DNA of 64,000 nt from Octopus vulgaris (taxonomy: Eukaryota): contig OX597835.1 of assembly GCA_951406725.2 (NCBI GenBank), forward strand, positions 43,958,001-44,022,000, given 5' to 3'. This document shows positions 30,125-41,414 of the stretch, piece after piece. The notes under the pieces are model-generated. The model saw nothing but the letters and a program-made list of their open reading frames with translations, did no database searches and was not told the DNA's origin. A program made the position numbers and the translations under genes. Every line of letters begins with the position of its first letter. The stretch's first letter is position 1.

Positions 30125-30126
<2 letters not shown>
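28950..30126 (-). pseudogene. Mariner (D,D34D) transposon with decayed transposase; only one TIR recognisable
   Basis: Start MEVSKEHLRH (ATG 29942), ERTCRRAFAKFRSGD, RLVTGG (decayed TGDE), TINAQVYCQQL..KRPAL..FHQDNTRPH, PNLAPSDYHLFR, GITKLVNRLMEVIDN. TIR-like end ATCAGGTCATCCTATAAGTTCCGTCCGG abuts TA at 30127. Confidence 0.9.
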
Positions 30127-30215
<89 letters not shown>

Positions 30216-30218
30216 ATG

Positions 30219-30278
<60 letters not shown>

Positions 30279-30279
<1 letters not shown>

Positions 30280-30611
30280 CTATAGTTAATACCTAACTGG
30301 ACTCACATCTCTTGCTTTCTCATAAGGATAAATATGAATCTCCTAGATTCTATTCTGCTACTTCCTCTCTCAAATCCTTTGTGAAAATTTTGTTTTTGAT
30401 TGTTGCACTGAAGAGTATAGGGATATATAATTAACTTAATTGATTCAGTTCAACCATGAATTTTCATGATTTTTATATCTCTGTATGAAACGATTGTCTG
30501 CATGAATTAAGATTCTCTTATATATTTTAACATATTCTCTTCTCCATTTTTAACAAAATTGTTGAGTTTTATGGGATTTCCTTCCATAAATTCACAACAC
30601 ATCATGCACAA

Positions 30612-30614
<3 letters not shown>
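30279..30614 (+). mobile_element. Short non-coding element inside a (TA)n array carrying a canonical hammerhead (putative PLE terminal-repeat derivative)
   Basis: Unique 336 bp island flanked by TA runs on both sides; contains the 30404-30502 motif. Confidence 0.65.
30404..30502 (+). ncRNA. Type I hammerhead ribozyme, intact core
   Basis: TGCA-CTGAAGA-GTATAGGGATATA..46 nt..TATATCTCTGTAT-GAAA-CGATTG-TC-TGCA: 4 bp stem I, 13 bp stem II (3 GU), GUC site at 30496-30498. Confidence 0.8.
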
Positions 30615-30698
<84 letters not shown>

Positions 30699-30701
<3 letters not shown>

Positions 30702-30895
30702 AGAGCTTACGAAAAAAACAAAAGACGAAGACAGGTGGTGTACAAAACAAACAGATGTATTAGTATAACGCTCAGGAATGGAAAAAGTCTTTTACGTTTC
30801 GAGCCTACGCTCTTCTACAGAAAGGGACACAGAAAAAACAAGGAGTGAAACAAGGAGAGAAAAAATGTGTGTAGTGGCTAACGATCTATCATGGC

Positions 30896-30896
<1 letters not shown>
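30699..30896 (-). mobile_element. ~200 bp TA-embedded repeat (family H) with a minimal hammerhead-like motif at 30789-30824
   Basis: CTTT-CTGTAGA-A-GAGC-GTAG-GCTC-GAAA-CG-TA-AAAG. Homologous copies at 34205, 57762 and 58368. Confidence 0.75.
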
Positions 30897-30930
<34 letters not shown>

Positions 30931-31844
30931 CTGCACACACACACGTATTCAAGTGCTTGTATGCACTCTTTGGAAGCTGATTTCAAGCATAAATACGAAT
31001 TGTTTCTCGTCTAGATAACCAGATGTTAGAATGCATTTAAGTAATCAAAGTATCGACGTTAATTATTAAGTTTTAAACAGTTAATTATTCCAATACTCCT
31101 TAAATCAAACTATTTTTTCTGAAGATATATATGGAGCGGTATATAATTAGTATAATTCAAGACACAATATGCTTACAGGTATAAACAAAGTGTGGACGCT
31201 CATGACTGGAACGTCTTTCATTGTATGTTTTCTTGACCAGGATTGTCTTAGCGCTGAGTGAACATTTACATGGTAGCTTTTATATGTTACGAATAATTGA
31301 GAAACGTTTCTGAAATCCCAACCAACCAGTTTTTTTAAAATGTCGCACACCGTGTATTGTCGCCATAGATACAATGTGTCTGAGAAAAGAAAAAAAAAAG
31401 GAAAAAAATAATGTGCTGGTCTCACTATCCCCGTCAGCACAACTTCTACCACCACCACTACGACGTAGACGACGACCAAAATCACCACTACCATCATCAC
31501 TACTACCATCATCACCACCACCATCATCACCACCACCGCCACCACCAACGCAGCTATTACGGTCACCACAACTTTCACAATAACGATGACCACGATGACC
31601 ACGATTACTATGACGGCAAACACCACTCTCACCACGTCCACATCCTCCATCTGCAACACCACCACCACCACCAAAACCACCATCAACCCCCACCGATACA
31701 CGTCATGAATTGTCGTCAGGGATAGATTAAATTCACGTTGCTAAGTCAGTGAATGTTTTCTTGTGTTCATCGCATAATAATTACATTTCTTCTCTTCACG
31801 AAATAGGAAAATGAATGAAATGATTACACCATCGAAATAACATG

Positions 31845-32047
31845 TACAAGGATGTTCCTGGCTTTGTATAAAGAGGGTCAGTTAATTATGGTTTTATTCT
31901 ACATATTCCCCTCTGAGATTCTCGCCCGCTTATTGTAGCGCTCCTTCAGATTTTCGAAGCCCTGTAAAAGAACTCGGAAGGTTGAGCATCCAGCAAAGCC
32001 TTTCGCGATACCCTTAAAGCCAGGAACTTTTCAACAACCCCTCCGTA
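31845..32047 (-). mobile_element. Mariner-derived MITE
   Basis: Reverse complement of the 32279 and 33115 copies; decayed TIR CCAGGAACTTTTCAACAACCCCTCCGTA. Confidence 0.75.
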
Positions 32048-32278
32048 AGTACCTGGATATTCCACAGAAATGTGTACCCTTCATGTTATCTTCAGACACA
32101 AACATCCTGACAGTGTAAAGCAATACGGGTACATTCCAACCAAAGGGCTCCGACACATCTATCGTTTACATAACTTTCCTCACGACGCTGGAGTCGATCT
32201 CCACAATGTTAAAAGAGTCAATCTCACGGTGCCACACAGTGGGATTGAAACGAAGACCTTGACATTACGAAGAGAGCA

Positions 32279-32496
32279 TACGAGGAAATACTGAAAAGTT
32301 CCTGGCTTTAAGGGTATCCCAAAAGGCTTGGTTGGAGGACCAAGCTCCCGAGTTCTTTTACAGGGCTTAGAAAAGCTGAAGGACCACTGCAGTATATATG
32401 TGTGTGGAGGAATATGTTGAATGAAACCATAATTAAATGATATTCCTGCATTTTCTTTTACCCCAAGCCAGTAACATTTCAGTAGCCCTTTGTGTA
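32279..32496 (+). mobile_element. Mariner-derived MITE
   Basis: TACGAGG..CTGAAAAGTTCCTGG left TIR; interior retains the mariner C-terminus (AWLEDQAPEFF..GLEKLKD). Confidence 0.75.
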
Positions 32497-32789
32497 TATA
32501 TATACATATATATAAGTAAATAAATAAATGGAGTTGAACGAAGATGTTATTAAAACTCTCTTACTTTCGACATATGTTTCGAAGACAACATTGGTTTTAT
32601 TCCAAAGGAATAAACGGTGTAAAATGCAATCCATCTATTTATTTACTTATACTACACAAATTACTGCACATTAACCCGGTGTTTCTACCTTTGAATAGGT
32701 CGCTACATCCTTGTTACTTGCGTGAATTTTGCTACCCTGGTAACTGTTTATTGAATTTTCCATGTTAACGGTTAACAGGTTAACAAAGG

Positions 32790-32790
<1 letters not shown>

Positions 32791-32820
<30 letters not shown>

Positions 32821-32826
32821 TGTATG

Positions 32827-32857
<31 letters not shown>

Positions 32858-33110
32858 GGTATGTATGTATGTATGTACGTATGTATGTATGTATGTATGT
32901 ATGTATGTATGTATGTATGTATGTATGTATGTATGTATTATGTATGTATGTATGTATGTATGTATGTATGTATGTATGTATGTATGTATTATGTATGTAA
33001 GGTATGTATGTATGTATGTACGTATGTATGTATGTATGTATGTATGTATGTATATATATATATATATATATATATACAGAGAGAGAGAGAGAGAGGGAGA
33101 GGGGGAGAGA
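32791..33110. repeat. (TATG)n(TA)n(GA)n microsatellite
   Basis: Direct reading. Confidence 0.95.
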
Positions 33111-33114
33111 GATG

Positions 33115-33331
33115 TACGAGGGGGTGCTGAAAAGCTCCTGGGGTTAAGGTTCTTGTGAAGGCCTGGTTGGAGGCTCAAACTTCCAAGTTCTTTTACAGGC
33201 CTTAGAAAAACTGAAGGACCACTGCAATAGCTATGTGAATCTGATGGGGTGGGGAATATGCTGATTAAAATTGTGACTGATCTGCCTTTATTTTCTTTTA
33301 CCCAAAGTCAGGAACTTTTCAGCACCCCCTC
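33115..33331 (+). mobile_element. Mariner-derived MITE
   Basis: TIRs TACGAGGGGGTGCTGAAAAGCTCCTG / CAGGAACTTTTCAGCACCCCCTC. Confidence 0.85.
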
Positions 33332-33896
33332 CAACTTCCATCCATATTTGCATCTTGTTTCTTTACTACGTTTATTATGATAAACCTGAACCTAACTGCT
33401 ATTTGCCGTTAGAGAGGGCGTTTCATTACCGTTGTATAATTTTCCGCAGTCATTAACATCGAGTGCTTCCTATGACCGTGAGTAACGTTATCTGCTTCAG
33501 GTTTCTCGGTGCAAATATTTACTTTACGTGTTAATCATTGGCTTTAATTCTATATCAATTAACAATGTCTGTTTGTATTCGACCGTCATCAGATTTCTCC
33601 GAATCCACTTTGTAATTGGTACAAGAGTGCTGAGACAGTTTTGTTTCAGCTTATTGGAAACAGACAAATAGAAGAAAACAGCCAAATAAATCATGTTTTC
33701 TATAGAGCCTAGTTTCCGTGGCAAGCAGGCACACACACACACACACAGACGACACAGACGCACACACGCACACACACACACACACACAGACGAACAGACG
33801 CACACACACATACCCACACAAACAAACAAGGCACCCACATGTATGAATGTACATGCATATATGTAAGCGTACATATATATATATATGCATTTTTAG

Positions 33897-33963
<67 letters not shown>

Positions 33964-34080
33964 CATACACACACATATATATACATATATATATGTGTGT
34001 TTGTGTATTTACACTAATATGCACACATACCTATGTATACCTTTACGCATATACATATATTCTATATATATATATATATA

Positions 34081-34143
<63 letters not shown>

Positions 34144-34204
34144 GCATACATATATACACATTTATACATCTGTATATGTATTATATATACATGTGTTTCT
34201 ATGT

Positions 34205-34326
34205 ATATCTTTTTATTTTCTCTTATTCCTTTCTGCTGAAAAGCGTAGGCTGGAAACGTAAAAGACTTTTCCATTTTCCTTAATACACCTGTCTGTTGTT
34301 CATACACCTGTCTTTGTCTTTCAACT
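34205..34326 (+). mobile_element. Family H repeat with a decayed hammerhead-like motif (34229-34264)
   Basis: CTTT-CTGCTGA-A-AAGC-GTAG-GCTG-GAAA-CG-TA-AAAG, ending in (TA)n. Confidence 0.7.
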
Positions 34327-34385
34327 ATATATATATATACATATCTGTATGAATATATATATAATATATGTATATATATTGTATA

Positions 34386-34738
34386 GGCGCAGGAGTGGCT
34401 GTGTGGTAAGTAGCTTGCTAACCAACCACATGGTTCCGGGTTCAGTCCCACTGCGTGGCATCTTGGGCAAGTGTCTTCTGCTATAGCCCCGGGCCGACCA
34501 AAGCCTTGTGAGTGGATTTGGTAGACGGAAACTGAAAGAAGCCTGTCGTATATATGTATATATATGTGTGTATGTGTGTGTGTATGTCTGTGTTTGTCCC
34601 CCTAGCATTGCTTGACAACCGTGTGTTTACGTCCCCGTCACTTAGCGGTTCGGCAAAAGAGACCGATAACATAAGTATCGACTAAAGGCGGTGCTCCAGC
34701 ATGGCCGCAGTCAAATGACTGAAACAAGTAAAAGAATA
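34386..34738 (+). mobile_element. Family A tRNA-derived SINE
   Basis: Full head and tail with a small internal deletion relative to the 51019 copy. Confidence 0.9.
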
Positions 34739-34794
34739 AAAAAAAATAAAAGAAAAAAAATATATATATATATACTATATATATGCATGTATAT

Positions 34795-34835
<41 letters not shown>

Positions 34836-35489
34836 TATATCTGTGTATATATATGCTGAGAAAGCTGAGGCTATTATGCCAGTGCAGAAACCGGTCAAAT
34901 ACTTGAATGTATGCTGGAAGTTTATCTTAGCTAGTTTACTTCCGGACCGTGGATTTGTGTAGTTATTATCAGTGTATTTTGGCAATTTAAATAAGAGTCT
35001 TGGCTGTTATTTCTAGCAGGTAGACACACGTGGTATATTCTTTGAATAATTTTAATCCTTTAGCTATTTAATGCTTTTTGGGGGACCTGCAATCGCCTGT
35101 ATTATTGATTCTGTGATTATCATTTTAATATCTTCACAAATTATTTTTTCGTGAATTATTTACTCCGTATTGGAATTATATATACACATTTATATATAAG
35201 TGTGTGTGTGAATGTGACCTTAGGCTTGGTTACGTGGTTAAGAATTTCGCTTAAAACCTTGAGGAACTGAGTTCGATAGCACTGTGTGGCAGGGAGGGCC
35301 TATCGCAGGAACTACATTTCGGATCAAAATGTTCTGCCTTTCCTTACTTCCACAGAGATTGTATTTCAAATATAATTCAAAGGAGACTTGACTATGGAAT
35401 GCTCAGATTTTATACTGTTGTTCTAAGCGGTGGTTGTTTAGTTAGTCGGGCAGCTGGTAGCTCATAGATCGAAATCGACGTGGTCAAAC

Positions 35490-35674
35490 ATGTATGTATG
35501 TATGTATGTATGTATGTATGTATGTATGTATGTATGTATGTATGTATGTATGTATGTATGTATGTGTGTGTATGTATGTATGTATGTATGCATGTATGTA
35601 TGTATGTATGTATGTGTGTATGTATGTGTATGTGTGTGTATGTATGTATGTATGTATGTGTGTATGTATGTGTA

Positions 35675-35705
<31 letters not shown>

Positions 35706-35812
35706 GTGTGTCTGTATGTGTATGTATGTATGTATGTATGTATGTATGTATGTATGTATGTTGGTAGGTATGCATATGCGTGCGCGTGGGTGCCGCGCAC
35801 TTGTGTGTGTTT

Positions 35813-35856
<44 letters not shown>

Positions 35857-35858
35857 AT
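35490..35858. repeat. (TATG/TG)n microsatellite
   Basis: Direct reading. Confidence 0.95.
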
Positions 35859-36199
35859 GGTCTCTTTCTCTTTTCAAGTTTAGACTAAATGTTCACCGTC
35901 CCCATATCTGATAGCGAGGCTGTGGAGAAAAGTATCTTCTTGTATCTCTTTTCCTTTAACTCTTCTCGTCTCGCAAATTCTTATAGTCTCAGATATCGTG
36001 ACCATTTGTCGCATATAAATTAAGGGTTTGAATTCTCTTCCCCAAATCTCAAGTTTAACCATACTTTGCTCCAGACAGGTTGATATGCGTTCTGTTGCTC
36101 CAATAATGCAGCTGCGATGGAGGACATCCTGTACGTACCGTGGTTTTTGTTCTCACTTATCTCAAGTTCCGTTGAACTTCCTTTTTCACTAAAATGTTC

Positions 36200-37940
36200 A
36201 TGTTCTTTACAGCCTTACCTGCTGGTTCGACATCATTTTCAAATCTCTTATGGTGTATTTCTATTTCTTTTGCAAACCTTCCTATTTCTATTTCTTTTGC
36301 AAACCTTCCTATTTCTATTTCTTTTGCGAACCTTCCTATTTCTATTCGCGATGAAATGAAACTTCTTCTTTCTTTCATGTTCTGCGACCATTTTCTCCTG
36401 TAGTTTTAAGGTAATTTCGAGCTCAGTGATTGATATTTTACATCTCGGCTCAATCTGGATCATTCCGCTACCTCTACTTTTACTAGGGATACAAGGGAGA
36501 TCCACATCTGGTTTTGGGTGATGTAATTCGTTACAGGTCAGACGTTTCCTGATTTTCAAATCCATTTTCTATATTTCACTAATGTTCCAATTTATGATGT
36601 TGCAACTTTAGGTGACATCTGAGATTTCAAGAACGTTTATAGCAGATAACTTATTGTTTAAGGTGATCCCTGTTTTCAAGATAGCATGTACTCCACGGAA
36701 GCATTCTTTCCTAATTTTCTCTTTCATCTCAGCGTAATTAACACTTTGATCTTCATTAAACCCTAAATAAGTTTGTTTCTATTTCAGTTTCTTAATTACT
36801 GTATCCACATCTATTTCCATTGAATTTATACTCATCCTTCTGCCTGTCTTGAATGTTGTTTTCGCTAATTTTTTCCAGTCCCAAATCTATTCCTACTGAA
36901 CACCTTAACTGTCTTCGACATTCCTACCAACTGGCTGGCACTTTGACGTACAATTTCAAGTCATCCGTATAAAACTTACGATTTATGATTTTGCGGTCTA
37001 TTTTGCAGCCATATTTCGTTTTGTTAAGTTATGGCGTCAGAGGTAAGCGTGCAATGTAAAACATAAATAGAGAGAACTTATCACCTTGAAAAATATCAAA
37101 ATCAATAAATATGTTGCTGGAATTTATTGTGCCATCAGTGTGTGACAATATGAAATTTGTATTCCATACAAACATGTTATATTTCATGCTATATTTCATT
37201 ACTGGGGTAATTTTCAGGATATCCAAATTTTTCAAAATCCATGAGTAGGGAACGCGGTCAAACGCATTTTTATTATCAATCCAAGCAGTGCTCAAATTTT
37301 TCAGTGTTTGTCACGAGAGTCTTCCAGCGTCATGCGCTTAACTAGAATTTGGTCTTTACAGTTGGAAGACCCACGTTGGTAACCTTCCTGCGCAGTAGGA
37401 AAAAAATGCTTATCGTCCATAAATATGTTGGTCATCTCAGTCAAAATTCAAGCGAGAGGTTTGTATGATGTGGAGAGAAGGCAGATGATGGGACGATAAT
37501 GTTTTGGAATATTCGTTTCTCTTGATTTTGACACGTGATATGTTATACCTTGCGCAAAAAGAGTCAGGACTTTTCTCAGGGTTGTACACAATTTCGTTAT
37601 AACATTTTAGCAACATAACATGGGTAACTGGTAGAGAGTATGGCTAGAAATGTGATACTTTGTCGACGCCAGGAGATTTCCATTTGCTGGCTTTCATTGG
37701 TGCTAACTAAAGTTCTTCCATAGATTCTAAATTTTAGAATCTTATCGAATCTGCTATACTAAATTATTGAATCTTCTTCCGTGTTCCTTGATCATTCTGC
37801 ATTCTCATTACGGTTTTATTTCTGTATTCGATACTGTTTTCCAAAATTCTTCAATCTCATGAATTGAAGGAGGTTCCAGGTTCCTGTACCTGATTTGTCT
37901 GCGTTCCATTTTCCCTATAAATGGAATGACTCCGAGTTTT
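36200..37940 (-). pseudogene. Decayed reverse transcriptase region of an R4/Dong-type LINE
   Basis: WKSPGVDK, NYRPIICL, AWIDNKNAFDRVPYSWI, IFQGDKFS, YTDDLK (YxDD), DLKIRKRLT..HHPKPDVD..GSGMIQIE; many stops and frameshifts. Confidence 0.85.
36256..36347. repeat. 27 bp tandem repeat x3.4
   Basis: Unit TATTTCTATTTCTTTTGCAAACCTTCC. Confidence 0.9.
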
Positions 37941-38007
37941 CAGCTACACCTTCTGTTTCATGTTTTTTTTTCTTTGGTTGGTGGAATATGTTTTGAAATT
38001 ACTTTGT

Positions 38008-38083
<76 letters not shown>

Positions 38084-38253
38084 ACACGTACATATGCATC
38101 AGTGTTCAGTGAGAAAGTGGGACCGATAAGGAAAGAGGGGAGAGGGACGAGAAAGATGTTTTGCTTTGTATTTATCTCTAAGGAAATAAACACAGGCTTG
38201 TTGTAGGATAGAAGTCTGTGGCTGAATGAAGAAAGATTTTATACCTGTGTATA

Positions 38254-38361
38254 TTCTTCTTCTTCTCTTTCTTCTTCTTCTTCTTCTTCTTCTTCTTCTT
38301 CTTCTTCTTCTTCTTCTTCTTCTTCTTCTTCTTCTTCTTCTTCTTCTTCTTCTTCTTCTTC
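38254..38361. repeat. (CTT)n microsatellite, the 3' tail or target of the adjacent LINE
   Basis: Direct reading. Confidence 0.95.
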
Positions 38362-39015
38362 TGTGAGAGCGGACAGCAGCCAGCTGCCAGAGGTCTCACA
38401 GGGTCTCTTTCCACACATCATAAGCTCTGATACTTGGTTGTTAATTATCATGGGAAACATCATCCAAAGACCAATCTCAAAAGCCTAGCTGTCCCCAACA
38501 GAGCAGAATTTTGGGCTTGCTCTACTTTCATGTCAATTTCGATATCTCTGACATATTTCTCGAGCTTGGTTCGTAGTGCTCCGAGTGCCTCTACATCTAC
38601 TGGAATGACAGACACTCTGCTCATAATACACATTCTTGCAATTTCGTCTTTTGGTAGTCTGTCAATTCCAATCTCTTCTAATTCTTTGTCACTTATGCAT
38701 GCATCTCCAGGTATTGCAATATCTACTACCTTGGTTTCTTTTTTTCCTTTATCTACCACAACAATATCTGGTCTCGATTAGGGAGTCACACTGGAATGTA
38801 GAATCCCACCGTTTCTTATGTTCCTTGTTCTCAGTGACTCCTTCTGCTTTATTTCATACCATTTGCGTGCTCTGTTCAGGCCGTACTTTTCGCATAACCT
38901 CTAGTGGATGAGCTTAGCCACGTTATCGTGTCTCCTTTTGTAGTGCTTGCTACACTCACTCAAAATATGTGAGATTCTTTCGTTTCTGCTGCCACACATC
39001 CTGCAAAAGGGCGAT
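38362..39015 (-). mobile_element. R4/Dong-type LINE 3' fragment (CCHC plus RLE)
   Basis: CRMCGSRNERISHILSEC, RRHDNVAKLIH, RPDIVVVDK..VVDIAIPGD, QNSALLGTARLLRLVFG*. Confidence 0.88.
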
Positions 39016-39156
39016 TGGCTACTCATATCTATTTGGAACTTGGTTTAACTGTTCATCCGGACAGGCGACCAAAAGCAAGAGGCACCTTCCTCACAAAGCA
39101 AGTTCTGTGCGGTGGCCGGTTTAGTCATCGACGGCTCGACAATAGGGGGAAAAATT

Positions 39157-39189
<33 letters not shown>

Positions 39190-39192
<3 letters not shown>

Positions 39193-39547
39193 AGCGAGAG
39201 AGCAGTGCATGCCATCAAAGTGACACTGGAGTAAAATATACGAAGCCCAGTATACCCATCATGACTACCCGTCTGATAAGGGTACACTAGGCACATGCAT
39301 CACAACCATATGTGCGCGACATGGTGATCTCATATCAAAATAAACAGCACATGACCTTGCAGGTGGGGCCCAGTTAGAATTTTCTTCAGGTCGAGTAACC
39401 CATCCCACTCGAAAGGTCCCTGAATTAGGGTTGTTTAAGGATGTTGAACGAAACACCCATGATTCCAGAGGTGAATTATTCAAACCCCAAAGAATCCCTC
39501 TCAACACATGGCTATGATGCTCCCCCACTACTTCTGCTCGTGATCAG

Positions 39548-39550
<3 letters not shown>
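39190..39550. mobile_element. Unclassified 360 bp insertion within a (TTA)n array
   Basis: GC-richer island with sharp (TTA)n boundaries on both sides; no recognisable ORF. Confidence 0.45.
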
Positions 39551-39589
<39 letters not shown>

Positions 39590-39949
39590 GTTGTTGTTGT
39601 TGTTGTTGTTATTATTACTATTATTATTACTTTCATTACTTCACGAACGTGATGCAGCGGTCGACTAAAAGCCTTATAAATATTTAGTTTAGCTTCCTTG
39701 CTCAGAATTTCTAATATCACCAGTTTTGAAAGCGGATGTCTTTTATCAGAGGATTGGCAATGAGATAAAATAGCGCACACTCGCTTAATCGAATAAATAC
39801 AATTCGATTACATAAACCTCTATTATGCAATTTTCCTGGCCAGGTACGAAGATAAGTAAATCTTATTCAAAATTTATAGGTGGCATTCTGTTGGTTTTGA
39901 AGCAGCAAGAATTCCGGAAATTTGCAATAAGTTGTGATACGGAAAATTG

Positions 39950-40056
39950 GTTTCGAAATAGGCTTGCTTCCCAATCATGTGGTCTTGGGTTCAGTTCCAC
40001 TGCGCGCTAAAAACTTGTGAGTGGATATGGAAAATGCAAACTAAAAGAAGCTCATC

Positions 40057-40100
<44 letters not shown>

Positions 40101-40400
40101 TAATTAATGTATATATATATATATTTGTGTGTATATATATATCTTTGTTTGTGTATGCGTGTATTTTTGTGAGCGTGTGAATGTGTGTGTGCGTGTCTGT
40201 TTGTGTTTGTGTGTGCATCGATACATGTGTGTCTTTGCGCTTGCTTTGTCCTGCTCTGCCGCTTGATACCTGGTGTTTGTTTACGCCCCAGCAACATAGC
40301 GGTTCGACAAAGGAGTAACGATAGAATAGTTGCCAGGCTTAAAAGTAAGTACTGAGGTTGATTTGTTCGAATAAACCCTTTAAGGGGATGCTGAAGCATG
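39950..40400 (+). mobile_element. Diverged family A SINE
   Basis: GGGTTCAGTTCCACTGCG head, internal TA run, TAGCGGTTCGACAAA..GATAGAATA tail. Confidence 0.7.
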
Positions 40401-40975
40401 CCAGGTCGCTCTTGAGAGTTACTGGTAACGTGTAACCCAGTTACAACCTGTTGCATAGTCGCGTCGTCAGCGACTAAACTGGAAAAGCCCATCAAGCTTA
40501 CTTGGTGAGGGGGTGATTATTGGACACCCTGCGGGACGAAAAATAAGACCCGTCAAAGGGTGGAAAACCACTGTGTAGTCAACTGCTAATTCAACAAGTA
40601 CTTTGTCGCGGAGAAGTGCCTGTGTGCTCCGTTGACTCGGAGAGCTATGCTGTAGGGAGAAAAATCTTCAGGCAGGTTTTATCAGGTCAGATAGGTCGAA
40701 GGGTAGGAGATAGACAAAGCCTTAACAACAATAAATCGAAGCGTCGGAAGCAGGGCGTGGATTTAGTTATTGGCAGGACCTTAACAGATCAGATTCCTGG
40801 CTTTGGACTAGCAGGATGTCATGTAGAGGATCTTGAAAAGAAGACAATGGATGAGACCCTAATATTCCTAGTTAGATGGAAACTGCGGGACCACATGGAG
40901 CAGCGCCCTCTGACTCCTATAGAATGCGAAACCGAAACCCCTAAAAAGGGGCATCCTGTGGGACGACCTAGATAG
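40400..40975 (+). mobile_element. Possible internally deleted RTE-like element
   Basis: 3' part reads VRWKLRDHM...TPKKGHPVGRPR, like the RTE RWxGH...KRxxGRP region. The 5' part resembles an RTE leader. Weak evidence. Confidence 0.4.
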
Positions 40976-41302
40976 ATAGAGATCAAGCATGGGCGCAGTC
41001 GAGTGAAAGGAAACGAGTAAAACATGAAATATACAAAAATCTCTATAAAAGTCTAAATAAAAATTATTAAAATAATAATTAAGGAGATGTACCTGCATAG
41101 CAAGTGATATATAATGAAGTGATATATAACGAACTAACTGTTACTTTCTCAGATGCAGCACGGATTTTTGTCAGGTCGCGGTTTTAAAGCGACGAAAATA
41201 TCTGTCTGTATGTCTGTCTATCTCCCTGTCCGTCCGTCTGTCTGTGTCTATAGATCTCTATCTGCCAGACTGTCACCCTGCCTGTCTGTTTGTCTGCCCC
41301 CC

Positions 41303-41334
<32 letters not shown>

Positions 41335-41363
41335 TTATATATATAACAATTGCAGCACGGATT

Positions 41364-41414
41364 TTTGTCAGTGAACAGGTCGGGGTCTTAAAGTAACGAA
41401 AATATTTTGACAAA
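41364..41414 (+). ncRNA. Hammerhead-like motif with G3:C8 swap
   Basis: TTTGTCA-GTGAACA-G-stem II (decayed)-GAAA-ATAT-TT-TGACAAA. The sister copy at 41164-41200 has an intact stem II GTCGC/GCGAC but lacks the 7 nt core. Confidence 0.55.

Noticed and set aside
33560-33597. CTGATGA..GAAT on the minus strand
   Set aside because: No stems II or III can be formed.
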